From Acidobacteriaceae bacterium (lineage in GTDB: Bacteria > Acidobacteriota > Terriglobia > Terriglobales > Acidobacteriaceae): a stretch of DNA of 64,000 nt. The stretch's first letter is position 1. Each line of letters opens with the position of its first letter. The translations under genes were made by a program, and so were the position numbers. The notes under the pieces are model-generated. The model was not told the origin of the DNA, searched no databases, and was given only the letters and a program-made list of their open reading frames with translations. Shown in pieces: positions 1-8,977 of the stretch. The stretch covers positions 45,083-109,082 of the forward strand of contig JANXZM010000009.1 in the NCBI GenBank assembly GCA_025355505.1. The letters run 5' to 3'.

Positions 1-1272
1 CGGCGGCAGTTTGGGGTTGTCGCCCTCCAACCACAGGTTTACGTCCCATAAATAAATCTGTTTACTCCACAGCATTCCTGCCAGCGCCTGCCGCTGAATT
101 TCTTTCTCTTCCGCGGTGGCCTTGGGAGGATGCACGGCGGCGTAGAACTGATCGGCCTCCTTTTTTCTTTGCGCAACCACCTTGTCCACGTCATCCAGGG
201 GGCGATCCAGTTTCTCCGGCGTCAATCGCAGGCGAAGCACTACCGACTCTCCAGCGGGGACAGAATATTTGTAGTGAACACACGCCTTGGTCCCAGACTG
301 CGCCGGGTTTACGCAGTCCTCTTTGTTCACGATGTGCCGATGGAATGCGTCCTTCACGTTCGGCTTGCGATTACTTGTACTTTGGTAGAGCCGCACCCCG
401 TTGTTTTCATTGTCCGTAAACAGCGGTCTCCCGCCTGCGGGAGCATAGAGGTAGCGTTGGCCCAGTGAATATGGGAACTGGAGGTTGTGCAGCGCGGCTG
501 CCTGGAAATCATCCGCGACCAGCGTGATGTGGTCGCTTGCGCGCTCAAGACCGATCACAGGCTCACTGCCCGCGGGATCAGTCCACGCCCAAGTATTGCG
601 AAACCACAGGTGGGGCAGCAGATGCAGGTCGGCGGCCTCCGGTCCCCGGTTGAAGGCCTCGATACGAATACAAATATCTTCCGGACCTGACTTGGCATAC
701 TCGACGAACACGTCGAAATAGCGGTTATCGTCGAAGATACCGGTATCGAGAAGTTCGTACTCGGGTGCTCCCGCCTGCCCCCAGCGCCGACGATTTTCCT
801 CTAGCAACTGGGCGTAGGGGAATTCCCGCTGCGGATATTTGTAGAGCATCCGCATGTAACTATGAGTGGGCGTGTTATCGAGATAGAACCAGTATTCTTT
901 GACGTCCTCGCCGTGATTGCCCTCGTTGCCGGAGAGTCCAAACATGCGTTCTTTGAGGATGGGGTCGCGGCCATTCCACAACGCCAGCGCAAATACGAGG
1001 AGCTGGTAACGGTCGCAAATGCCCGCGATGCCATCTTCGCCCCAGCGATAGGCTTTGCTCCGCGCCATGTCGTGGGTCAGAAATTCCCACGCGCATCCAT
1101 CCGGACTGTAGTCTTCTCGCACGCTCCCCCAGGCCCGCTCGCTGACATAGGGGCCCCACTTGCGCCAGGGCGCGACCATTTCGTTGGAGGGCTCGGCCAG
1201 GCGCTGATGTTCCAGAGTTAGCCAAGGACTGCAGGGTTTAGCGCTCGGTTTGTCGGCCGGTTTGTCGCTCAT
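1..1272 (-). CDS. GH63/MGH1-like glycoside hydrolase (glucosidase family), N-terminal part; C-terminus lies beyond the left window edge
   Basis: Absent from the ORF track because it has no stop in the window. My translation from ATG at 1272 gives [64 protein letters not shown]...[42 protein letters not shown], open down to position 1. Motifs are typical of bacterial GH63-like glucosidases. Confidence 0.6.
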   Translation of the reverse strand, partial: MSDKPADKPSAKPCSPWLTLEHQRLAEPSNEMVAPWRKWGPYVSERAWGSVREDYSPDGCAWEFLTHDMARSKAYRWGEDGIAGICDRYQLLVFALALWNGRDPILKERMFGLSGNEGNHGEDVKEYWFYLDNTPTHSYMRMLYKYPQREFPYAQLLEENRRRWGQAGAPEYELLDTGIFDDNRYFDVFVEYAKSGPEDICIRIEAFNRGPEAADLHLLPHLWFRNTWAWTDPAGSEPVIGLERASDHITLVADDFQAAALHNLQFPYSLGQRYLYAPAGGRPLFTDNENNGVRLYQSTSNRKPNVKDAFHRHIVNKEDCVNPAQSGTKACVHYKYSVPAGESVVLRLRLTPEKLDRPLDDVDKVVAQRKKEADQFYAAVHPPKATAEEKEIQRQALAGMLWSKQIYLWDVNLWLEGDNPKLPP

Positions 1273-1274
1273 GG

Positions 1275-2633
1275 TTACCGACTTCCCTTTTCAGCGGACA
1301 ACAGCGCGCTCAGCTTCTGCATTTGCGCCGCAAACCGAGGTGCGTTGTACGCGGATGGATCGTCGAGTTGCTGAAAGAGGCCGCTGATCGCAACTTTAAT
1401 TTCCGCTTCGTCCAGGTTCTTTGCGTGCTGCTTGTACACCCCGAACAACGAGTCCAGCGACATGGCAGCCTGCCCGGCGGCGCGCTGTCCCTGTTGGGAG
1501 ATGGCGCGGGAATCGCCGGCGATTTTCCGCAACACTTGTAGCGTGAACGCCTGATCGTAGGTGCGGCTGTTCAGCGCGTCGGCCAGAGAATGGGCGAGCG
1601 CGGCGGATCGGTCTGCTGAAGCCGCGATTTGTTCACGGTCACCGCTGAGTTGTCCCATCAATCCGCTGAGCGTTGCCATCTCCGATTCGAGCTTAGCTGC
1701 GGTGCTGGCGTCGGTTTCCGCGGCAGCGTAGCGGAATACCACGAAGCGAGCGGCATTCCATGCCGGGACGCCCGGCGTCCGGGCGGCATATCCAGCCTCC
1801 TGACGCCAACTATCTTTCGTGGCGGTCAGGCTGTGGTGGCAGGCGAAGCAATCGAGCTCGGCATATTCGGGCCAAGTGGAACTGCGGGCGCGGCGAGCGA
1901 GACGCTGCAGACTGTCGCGCAATTGCATGCCCTGGCCCACCGCCCACTCCTTGGTTCCGAACCAGGGAGTGATATCGGAGTCCTTCCAGTGGCGGGGCAT
2001 CACCGCGCTGAACAGATTGAGCTCGAAAGTCAAGTCAGGATGACCCGCCGCAATCATCTGGTGATCGACGGATTGTTCCTCAGTTCCAACGTGGCAATGA
2101 AGGCAAGTATGGCTGCGCACAGTCAGGTCGCTCAGATCGCGCATGCCGAGCTGACTCTTCTGGTCTGCGGTTCGCGTCTCCCAATCTTTGACCGTGTGCG
2201 GCCCCAGCCAACCCGCCGCTGGGCCGTGGCAATGCTCGCAGCTCACGCCGTCGCTGATGTCGAATGTTTGGGCGCGCATCTCGGGTGGGACTTGGAGAGC
2301 GTGGCACGCAAGGCATTTCTGGTTCTGGTTGGGAGGTGATTTCAGGTTCAGAATTTTTCCAATGCGGACGGAAACGTCATTCGAAAGCACCTGGTAAGCG
2401 CGCGCGTGCTTGTCCTGCCCGGCCCAGATGCTGTACTCGTTCTGGGCAACATGGGTGATCTGTTTCGGCTGAATGCTTCCATGACAACTGCTGGAGGCGC
2501 ATCCGCCCGGGCCGTTGTACTTGCCAACAACAGTATTCTGGGCTGAGGCTGAAACGGAGATGGCGAGTGTCAGACACGCCGCCCATCGCCACACCACTCG
2601 TCTCTTGTCCACCATACGCATTTTTTGGGGCAA
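1275..2633 (-). CDS. Periplasmic multihaem cytochrome c (c554-like N-terminal half, helical C-terminal half)
   Basis: 452-aa ORF with a signal peptide ([16 protein letters not shown]). Four CxxCH motifs (CLACH, CEHCH, CLHCH, CFACH) plus one CX4CH (CASSSCH). Contains a [16 protein letters not shown] segment typical of the cytochrome c554 family. Confidence 0.8.
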   Translation of the reverse strand: MPQKMRMVDKRRVVWRWAACLTLAISVSASAQNTVVGKYNGPGGCASSSCHGSIQPKQITHVAQNEYSIWAGQDKHARAYQVLSNDVSVRIGKILNLKSPPNQNQKCLACHALQVPPEMRAQTFDISDGVSCEHCHGPAAGWLGPHTVKDWETRTADQKSQLGMRDLSDLTVRSHTCLHCHVGTEEQSVDHQMIAAGHPDLTFELNLFSAVMPRHWKDSDITPWFGTKEWAVGQGMQLRDSLQRLARRARSSTWPEYAELDCFACHHSLTATKDSWRQEAGYAARTPGVPAWNAARFVVFRYAAAETDASTAAKLESEMATLSGLMGQLSGDREQIAASADRSAALAHSLADALNSRTYDQAFTLQVLRKIAGDSRAISQQGQRAAGQAAMSLDSLFGVYKQHAKNLDEAEIKVAISGLFQQLDDPSAYNAPRFAAQMQKLSALLSAEKGSR

Positions 2634-2723
2634 TTGTCTTGCTTATACCCGCTCTGCTGCACGAAATCAATTGACTGTATGGTACGTCCTCCAACCAACA
2701 GACAGGGCCTGTGGTGAGCCTTC

Positions 2724-4490
2724 ATGCCCCAAGTTTGCCATTCCCCAAGGCAAACCGCTAACGTTAAAATTCCTGACAACCTTAGTTATTATGCGGAACC
2801 AGGGAGACCGTGGCGCTTGATCGACGAACTCAGGTCCATTCAGCAGCAGTTCGGGTACTTGCCGGCCGATCAGTTGCATGAACTCGCCGCAAAGATTCAG
2901 GTGCCCCTCAGCCAGATCCATGCGGTGGCCAGTTTTTATCCCCACTTTCATCTCACGCCGCCGGCCCAGGCTGAAGTGCGTGTCTGCGCCGATATGGCTT
3001 GCCATCTGCGTGGCGGTCCCGACCTGAAACGAGGTCTGGACCAGGCTTTCCGTGGAGGCGGCCCGGAAGATGTTGCAGTGCGTGACGTATCCTGTCTCGG
3101 CCGCTGCGACCAGGCGCCCGCGCTCTCGATCAATGACCGGATCTACAGCAACCTCGACGAACATCGCGGCGTTGCGCTTGTGCGCGACGTGCTCTCCGGG
3201 CGCAAACTTCCCGCAGAAAAGCACGATCATCATCGGGCGCCGGTCGCTTCCGATCCTTACAACGGTTCTCCCCAATACTCCATGGTCCGGCAGTTTATCG
3301 AGAACCCGGATTGGAGTGGTGTAATCGCCACCCTGAAATCCGCCGGACTGCGCGGCATGGGCGGCGCCGGCTTCCCTACCGGCAGCAAGTGGGAAATCGT
3401 GCGCAATGCCCCGGGCAAGGAAAAATACATTGTCTGCAACGCCGATGAAAGCGAACCTGGCACTATCAAAGACCGCTTCATCATGGAAAACGTCCCGTAC
3501 CTGGTGATCGAGGGCATGATCATGGCTGGACTGGTCACGGGCGCCCGCCGCGGAATTCTGTATATCCGGCACGAGTACGAACGACCCAGAGAAATTCTGC
3601 AAGAAGAGATCGACCGCTGTTATCGCGAAGGGCTTCTCGGTCCAAACATTCTGGGGAGCAGTCTGGCTTTTGATCTCGAAATCTTTGTCAGCCCCGGAGG
3701 TTACATCTGCGGGGAAGAGAGCGCGCTGCTCGAAGCCATCGAGGGTAAACGCGCCGAACCGCGCAACAAGCCGCCCTTCCCAGGCACCAATGGTCTCTGG
3801 AACCAGCCGACAGCCATCAACAACGTTGAGACCTTCACCTTCGCCACTGCGATTCTTTTCCGAGGAGCGGAGTGGTTCAAGGCGCAGGGGACGAACGGCG
3901 CATTCGGCATGAAGTTCGTGGGAATCAGCGGCGATGTGAATCGTCCCGGAATCTTCGAAGTCCCCATGGGTACGAAATATTCTCAGCTCATCTACGAATA
4001 CGCGGGCGGCATTCTCGGAGATCGCAAGCTGCTGGCCTACGCGCCTTCGGGACCTTCCTCCGGATACCTGCCCGCTTCCATGGTGGACCTTCCGCTCGAC
4101 TGGACCGCAGTAGCGGCAGCCGGTTCGATGGTGGGATCGGGAGCGATTGTGGTCTGCGCCGAAGGCCGATGCATGCTCGACATGGCGCTCAACGCGGTCC
4201 GCTTCTATCGCAACGAATCCTGCGGCAAGTGCGTTCCCTGCCGGGTGGGATCGCAGAAGCTGGTCGAGATGCTCACGGGATGGACCGAAGGCCGCTCTTT
4301 GAGCACCGATCTGCAATTGCTCGATGAACTATCGCATGCCCTGAAGCAGACTTCGATCTGCGGACTGGGCCAGGTGGTTCCCGTGCCCATCGTTTCTGTG
4401 CTGAAACATTTTGGTGAAGTCGTTGACGAGCACCTCACCAATCGCCGCTGCCCGGCGGGCGTCTGCTTCCCGCAAAGAGGGACGGCATGA
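2724..4490 (+). CDS. NuoE-NuoF fusion-type NAD(H)-binding flavoprotein (2Fe-2S thioredoxin-like domain + FMN/NADH + 4Fe-4S)
   Basis: 588-aa ORF. NuoE-like cysteines (VCADMACH...VSCLGRCDQAPAL), the NuoF FMN/NADH motif (GLRGMGGAGFPTGSKWE) and the N3 cluster motif (ESCGKCVPCRVG). Its stop overlaps the next start (ATGA at 4487-4490). Confidence 0.85.
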   Translation: MPQVCHSPRQTANVKIPDNLSYYAEPGRPWRLIDELRSIQQQFGYLPADQLHELAAKIQVPLSQIHAVASFYPHFHLTPPAQAEVRVCADMACHLRGGPDLKRGLDQAFRGGGPEDVAVRDVSCLGRCDQAPALSINDRIYSNLDEHRGVALVRDVLSGRKLPAEKHDHHRAPVASDPYNGSPQYSMVRQFIENPDWSGVIATLKSAGLRGMGGAGFPTGSKWEIVRNAPGKEKYIVCNADESEPGTIKDRFIMENVPYLVIEGMIMAGLVTGARRGILYIRHEYERPREILQEEIDRCYREGLLGPNILGSSLAFDLEIFVSPGGYICGEESALLEAIEGKRAEPRNKPPFPGTNGLWNQPTAINNVETFTFATAILFRGAEWFKAQGTNGAFGMKFVGISGDVNRPGIFEVPMGTKYSQLIYEYAGGILGDRKLLAYAPSGPSSGYLPASMVDLPLDWTAVAAAGSMVGSGAIVVCAEGRCMLDMALNAVRFYRNESCGKCVPCRVGSQKLVEMLTGWTEGRSLSTDLQLLDELSHALKQTSICGLGQVVPVPIVSVLKHFGEVVDEHLTNRRCPAGVCFPQRGTA

Positions 4491-6655
4491 GTTCCAACCC
4501 TGCCGCCGAGATTCAGATCACCATTGACGGCAGGCCAATCTCGGTTCCGGCGGGCACCACCATCTTCGACGCAGCCCGCGTCAATGGTATTGCCATCCCA
4601 ACGCTCTGCCACCAGCAGAACGAAAACCCGGTGGGCGTATGCCGCGTATGCGTGGTGGATATCGGCCAGCGTGTGTATGCCGCTTCCTGTATCCGTCAGG
4701 TTGAACCCGGCATGACGGTGAAGACCTCTACCGGCCCGGTGCAAGCGGCGCGTCGTACTCTGGTCGAACTGCTGATGTCGGACCATCCCGCGCCCTGCGC
4801 TCGCCAGCAACAATCGGGAGACTGCGAACTGGAGCGCCTCGCCGACGACGCCGGAATCCAGGAGCCTCGCTTTCCTCGGCGCATCACCCCGCGCGGCAAA
4901 GACGACTCCTCCACCGTAATCGCGGTCGATCACGAAGCCTGTATCCTCTGTGATCGCTGCGTTCGCGGTTGCGACGATATCCGGAACAACTGGGTGTTGG
5001 CGCGCCGCGGCAAGGGATACCAGGCCGGCATCGCCTTCGACAACAACCTGCCCATGGGCGAGTCGTCCTGTGTTTCGTGCGGCGAGTGCATGGTCTCCTG
5101 CCCCACGGGCGCGCTCACCAACAAGCGTGTCGTCGGAACCCAACTCGGACAGGGAGATGTGCTCGATCCCGCCGAGTTGTTGCATCTTCCGATTTTCGAA
5201 AACGTCTCCGGTACATTTCTTGAACTCAACCAGAAGGCAGTCGTAAAACGGCATTTCAAGCCAGGAGAAATTGTCTGTCGCGAAGGCGAGTTCGGCTCGA
5301 CCGCCTTCTACATCCTCGAAGGTAAGGCGGAAGTTTTTCTCTCCAGCCCCATTGCGCATGTCAAGACGGAAGGCGGCAGCAAAGGCTTCTTCAGCAAACT
5401 GCAGAGCCTGCTGGCGCCACGCGAGGGAGACCGCCGCAGTGAAGAATCCGACCGGCCGTTTATTCCGATCGACGCCTCGGTTGACCTGCCTTACGACAAT
5501 CCCATCGCTGAACTGAACCCTGGCGACATGTTTGGCGAAATGACTTGCATGAGTTATTACCCGCGGTCGGCGACGGTGCGCGCCCGGACCGACTGCGTGA
5601 TGCTGGAAATGCTGCGCAACGTGCTCGACATTTTGCAGCGCAACAAAACCTTTCGGGCACAACTGGAGCGCAACTACCGCACCCGGGCGCTCGACTCGCA
5701 CCTGCGCAGCGTACCCGTCTTTAAGTCCCTCACCCAGGACTTCATCGACCGTCTGCGCGACCGGGTGGAATTATTGCGCTTCAATCCTGGACAGGTAATT
5801 TGCCGTCAGGGAGATCCCGCCGACAGCTTCTATCTGGTTCGCATCGGCTTTGTAAAGGTTTCAGAACAGCGTCCCGGCGGCGAACTGGTGCTGGCCTACC
5901 TGGCGCGCGGCGGGTACTTTGGCGAGATCGCGCTGCTCAGCGGCATCCCGCGCTCCGCGACCTGCACCGCTCTTGACCATGTCGAGGTCGTGCGCATCTC
6001 CGGTGAAGATTTCCAACTCATGCTCGACCGGTTTCCGGAGGTTCGCCAAAAACTGGAGGCAATCGCCCAAGAGCGCATCGAAGAAAATCTGCGGCACACC
6101 GTCCAGGCACAGAACGTTCCCGTAGATCAATTCCTGGCCCAGGGCTTGATGGAGGCGCAGAGCCTGCTCGTACTTGATCTGGACAAATGCACGCGCTGCG
6201 ACCTATGCGTCCGCGCCTGTGCCGATGCCCACGAGGGCGTCAGCCGTCTGGTCCGCGAAGGTCTGCGCTTCGATAAATATCTCGTGGCCACTTCCTGCCG
6301 TCAGTGTCGCGATCCGCTCTGCATGGTCGGATGCCCGGTCGGCTCCATCCGCCGGCGCAATACGCTGGAGGTGATCATCGAGGACTGGTGCATTGGCTGC
6401 GGTCTTTGCGCCACCAACTGTCCCTACGGGAATATCAATCTGCATCCCTTCCCGGCGGAACTCGATGACCCCGCGCACCCCGGACACAAGATCGCTGGCG
6501 TCCAGGTGAAAGCCACATCCTGTGATTTATGCCACGACCACGCCGAACCGAGTTGTGTCTACGCCTGCCCGCACGATGCGGCCCACCGCGTGAATCCGCC
6601 GGAGTTTTTTGCCGGTCTGCTGGCACAACCCGCGCCCAGCAAAGGCAGGGGCTGA
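4487..6655 (+). CDS. Multi-domain Fe-S protein: NuoG-N-terminal-like 2Fe-2S/4Fe-4S + two cyclic-nucleotide-binding domains + NrfC/PsrB-like four-cluster ferredoxin
   Basis: 722-aa ORF. 2Fe-2S motif (CHQQNENPVGVCRVCVV); CILCDRCVRGC and CVSCGECMVSCP; two cNMP phosphate-binding cassettes (FGEMTCMSYYPRSATVRA, FGEIALLSGIPRSATCTA). C-terminal clusters CTRCDLCVRAC, CRQCRDPLCMVGCP, CIGCGLCATNCP and CDLC...CVYACP. Confidence 0.85.
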   Translation: MSSNPAAEIQITIDGRPISVPAGTTIFDAARVNGIAIPTLCHQQNENPVGVCRVCVVDIGQRVYAASCIRQVEPGMTVKTSTGPVQAARRTLVELLMSDHPAPCARQQQSGDCELERLADDAGIQEPRFPRRITPRGKDDSSTVIAVDHEACILCDRCVRGCDDIRNNWVLARRGKGYQAGIAFDNNLPMGESSCVSCGECMVSCPTGALTNKRVVGTQLGQGDVLDPAELLHLPIFENVSGTFLELNQKAVVKRHFKPGEIVCREGEFGSTAFYILEGKAEVFLSSPIAHVKTEGGSKGFFSKLQSLLAPREGDRRSEESDRPFIPIDASVDLPYDNPIAELNPGDMFGEMTCMSYYPRSATVRARTDCVMLEMLRNVLDILQRNKTFRAQLERNYRTRALDSHLRSVPVFKSLTQDFIDRLRDRVELLRFNPGQVICRQGDPADSFYLVRIGFVKVSEQRPGGELVLAYLARGGYFGEIALLSGIPRSATCTALDHVEVVRISGEDFQLMLDRFPEVRQKLEAIAQERIEENLRHTVQAQNVPVDQFLAQGLMEAQSLLVLDLDKCTRCDLCVRACADAHEGVSRLVREGLRFDKYLVATSCRQCRDPLCMVGCPVGSIRRRNTLEVIIEDWCIGCGLCATNCPYGNINLHPFPAELDDPAHPGHKIAGVQVKATSCDLCHDHAEPSCVYACPHDAAHRVNPPEFFAGLLAQPAPSKGRG

Positions 6656-6661
6656 ACCCAA

Positions 6662-7582
6662 TTGCTGATCGATTGCACCCACCGCAAATGGTTCCTCGGC
6701 AGCGTCGCCGGACTAGCCGTCGCAGCCGCGGTGTACATCTCCTATAGCCTGCACTCGCCGCAAGGGGCACGCCCAGGCAGCGCCATGGGATTGGCCTATG
6801 GAATCGCGGGCTTCCTCTTCATGCTCTTCGCGGGATTGCTCGGCGCGCGCAAGAAGGTTCCCGTATGGCGTGTGGGACGCGCGCAATCCTGGATGCGCGG
6901 CCATCTATGGCTCGGCTTCCTCAGTTTTCCGCTGATTCTTTTTCACGGCGGATTTCATTTTGGGGGAGCGCTCACCCGCATGCTGATGTGGTTGTTCGTC
7001 TTCGTTTGGGTGAGCGGCATTCTGGGCGCGGCACTGCAGCATTTCATGCCTCGCTTCCAAACCGCGCAACTTCCCATGGAGACCATCTACGAACAGATTG
7101 ACCGCGTGCGCGGGCAACTGGCAGAGGAGGCCGATCAACTGGTCGACGAAACCTGCTCCGCACTGGAAGGCGAGGTTTCGCGCGCCAGTGAACGGCAGCG
7201 CGCCATGTCTGCCAGCGCCGGCACCCAGGGAGGGCTGACAGTGGCTTCCGGGTTGCAGGCCAACCAACAAGTAAGCACGCAGTTGCGCCAGTTCCTGGAC
7301 GACGAAATGCACCCTTACCTGGAGCGAGCCGGGGCGCATGCCATGAGTTTAGGCCAGGGAGCACAGGCGCAGAAGATGTTCCAGCAGTTTCGCGTTCTTC
7401 TTCCTCCCGAGCTGCATTCGAATTTGGATGACCTGGAAAATATTTGCGAGGAAAAGCGCCAACTGGACAAACAAAGCCGCCTGCACTTGATTTTGCACGG
7501 ATGGCTGCTGGTGCACATCCCGCTTTCCTATGCGCTTTTGCTACTGGGTGCGGTACATGCGGTAGTGGCTTTGAAATTCTGA
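6662..7582 (+). CDS. Integral membrane protein, about 5 TM helices with conserved-looking histidines and a long cytoplasmic coiled-coil-like insert; function unknown
   Basis: 306-aa ORF starting 6 nt after the upstream stop. Only a TTG start keeps TM1. Hydrophobic segments are FLGSVAGLAVAAAVYISY, GLAYGIAGFLFMLFAGLLGA, HLWLGFLSFPLILFHGGFHF, MLMWLFVFVWVSGILGAALQHF and LHGWLLVHIPLSYALLLLGAVHAVVAL. Confidence 0.7.
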   Translation: MLIDCTHRKWFLGSVAGLAVAAAVYISYSLHSPQGARPGSAMGLAYGIAGFLFMLFAGLLGARKKVPVWRVGRAQSWMRGHLWLGFLSFPLILFHGGFHFGGALTRMLMWLFVFVWVSGILGAALQHFMPRFQTAQLPMETIYEQIDRVRGQLAEEADQLVDETCSALEGEVSRASERQRAMSASAGTQGGLTVASGLQANQQVSTQLRQFLDDEMHPYLERAGAHAMSLGQGAQAQKMFQQFRVLLPPELHSNLDDLENICEEKRQLDKQSRLHLILHGWLLVHIPLSYALLLLGAVHAVVALKF

Positions 7583-7591
7583 GATTCAACG

Positions 7592-8962
7592 ATGCTGCGA
7601 CGGACGCGGACAACCAAGAAGCTCGCTAAGCGCATTGACCTGCAGTACTTCGCGCACATGCACCCGTTCCGGCGCTGGCGTTTCTGGCTTTCCGTGGCAG
7701 TCCCCATAATCGCACTGGGCTGGTTTATCACCCAGCGCGCGCAGGGCGGCCAGAAAGTGTATTCGAGTGGCCAACTCTCCCATGCTCACGCCGTATTCAC
7801 CCAGCAGTGCACGCTCTGCCACCTTGCCCAGGCGGGAGCCTTCACCGCGCAAGTGACCGATAAGGCCTGCCTAGCGTGCCATGATGCGCCTCTACACCAC
7901 GCCAATCAAACATTCACTCCTGAATGCGTGACCTGCCACGTCGAGCACAAGGGTGCGACGCTCCTGCAGGCGACGGCGGATGCGGCGTGCACTCAATGTC
8001 ACGCCGACCTCCGTACGCGCGACGGCCAACCGCACTACGCCATTTCCATCACCAGCTTTGAAAACAAGCATCCGGAATTTACCCCTCTGCGTTCGGGTAT
8101 GGTCGATTCGGGCGGAGTCAAGCTGAACCACTACCTCCACTTGCAACCGAACCTGATGGGACCCAACAACACGCGCGTGCAGATGACGTGCGATGACTGC
8201 CACCGTTCCACCAGCGCAGGGGCTTGGCCTTACGGGGCAGCAGGGATGCATCCGGCCGCAGCAAGCGACGCCAGCCCCAATCGCCCCCACGACCAGGCTT
8301 ATGTGCCGCCGCCGGAGTTCGCGAAGCATTGCGCCGCCTGCCACACTTTGCAGTTTGACAAGCGCTTCGGCAACGACCAGGTCCCGCACGATAAACCCGA
8401 AATCGTGCACGCGTTTCTGTTGAAGAGATTTGGCGAATACATTGCGGCTCATCCGGACGCGATTCATGAGATCAATCCGCCGGGTCGCCAGATTCCGGAG
8501 CGGGTTCGCGTACCGCGTGTGGCACGTAATGCGGCCGAGTGGGTGCAGTTCCGCGTGGATGACGCCGAGTGGCTGCTCTATTCCAAAACTTGCAAGCAAT
8601 GCCACACGCTCAACCCGACCAGCGGTCCCCTGCCAGAAGTCGCCAAGTCGAACCTCACCGCGCGCTGGCTGTCGCATGCCGAGTTCGATCATCGCGCGCA
8701 CCGCATGATGACGTGCACCGCGTGCCACACGCGCACGCCCGACAGCCGGGAGACGACCGATATTCTATTGCCCGGGATTCAGACGTGCCAGCAGTGTCAT
8801 CGACCACAGGGACCTGCGAAAGAAGCCGCCGAAGGCCGCTGCTTCGAGTGTCACCAGTATCACGATTGGACGAAAGCCAAACCAACCAAGGGCGGGTTCA
8901 CGATTCAGCAACTGCGCGGGAGCGCTCGGGTTCCCGTCCCGCAAGCCGGATCACCGCACTGA
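7592..8962 (+). CDS. Membrane-anchored decahaem cytochrome c
   Basis: 456-aa ORF starting 9 nt after the upstream stop. N-terminal TM anchor (WRFWLSVAVPIIALGWFI). Ten CxxCH motifs: CTLCH, CLACH, CVTCH, CTQCH, CDDCH, CAACH, CKQCH, CTACH, CQQCH, CFECH. Confidence 0.85.
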   Translation: MLRRTRTTKKLAKRIDLQYFAHMHPFRRWRFWLSVAVPIIALGWFITQRAQGGQKVYSSGQLSHAHAVFTQQCTLCHLAQAGAFTAQVTDKACLACHDAPLHHANQTFTPECVTCHVEHKGATLLQATADAACTQCHADLRTRDGQPHYAISITSFENKHPEFTPLRSGMVDSGGVKLNHYLHLQPNLMGPNNTRVQMTCDDCHRSTSAGAWPYGAAGMHPAAASDASPNRPHDQAYVPPPEFAKHCAACHTLQFDKRFGNDQVPHDKPEIVHAFLLKRFGEYIAAHPDAIHEINPPGRQIPERVRVPRVARNAAEWVQFRVDDAEWLLYSKTCKQCHTLNPTSGPLPEVAKSNLTARWLSHAEFDHRAHRMMTCTACHTRTPDSRETTDILLPGIQTCQQCHRPQGPAKEAAEGRCFECHQYHDWTKAKPTKGGFTIQQLRGSARVPVPQAGSPH

Positions 8963-8977
8963 TCTTGCCCGCGGAGA

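Noticed and set aside
1272-1277. 2-nt spacing between the multihaem cytochrome stop and the GH63-like glucosidase start, suggesting a functional cytochrome-glycosidase pair
   Set aside because: Tight spacing shows co-transcription at most, with no mechanistic rationale. It is probably an incidental operon junction.
2667-2674. TCAATTGA palindrome in the divergent promoter between the cytochrome and NuoEF-like genes as a CRP/FNR-type site
   Set aside because: It is only 8 bp and does not match TGTGA-N6-TCACA or TTGAT-N4-ATCAA spacing. It cannot be distinguished from chance.
2667-5701. Long minus-strand ORFs (2667..4316, 549 aa; 4205..5701, 498 aa) antisense to the NuoEF-like and Fe-S genes
   Set aside because: Arg/Ala/Gly-rich low-complexity translations with no motifs. 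These are typical shadow ORFs of GC-rich DNA, and the plus-strand genes carry unambiguous cofactor motifs.
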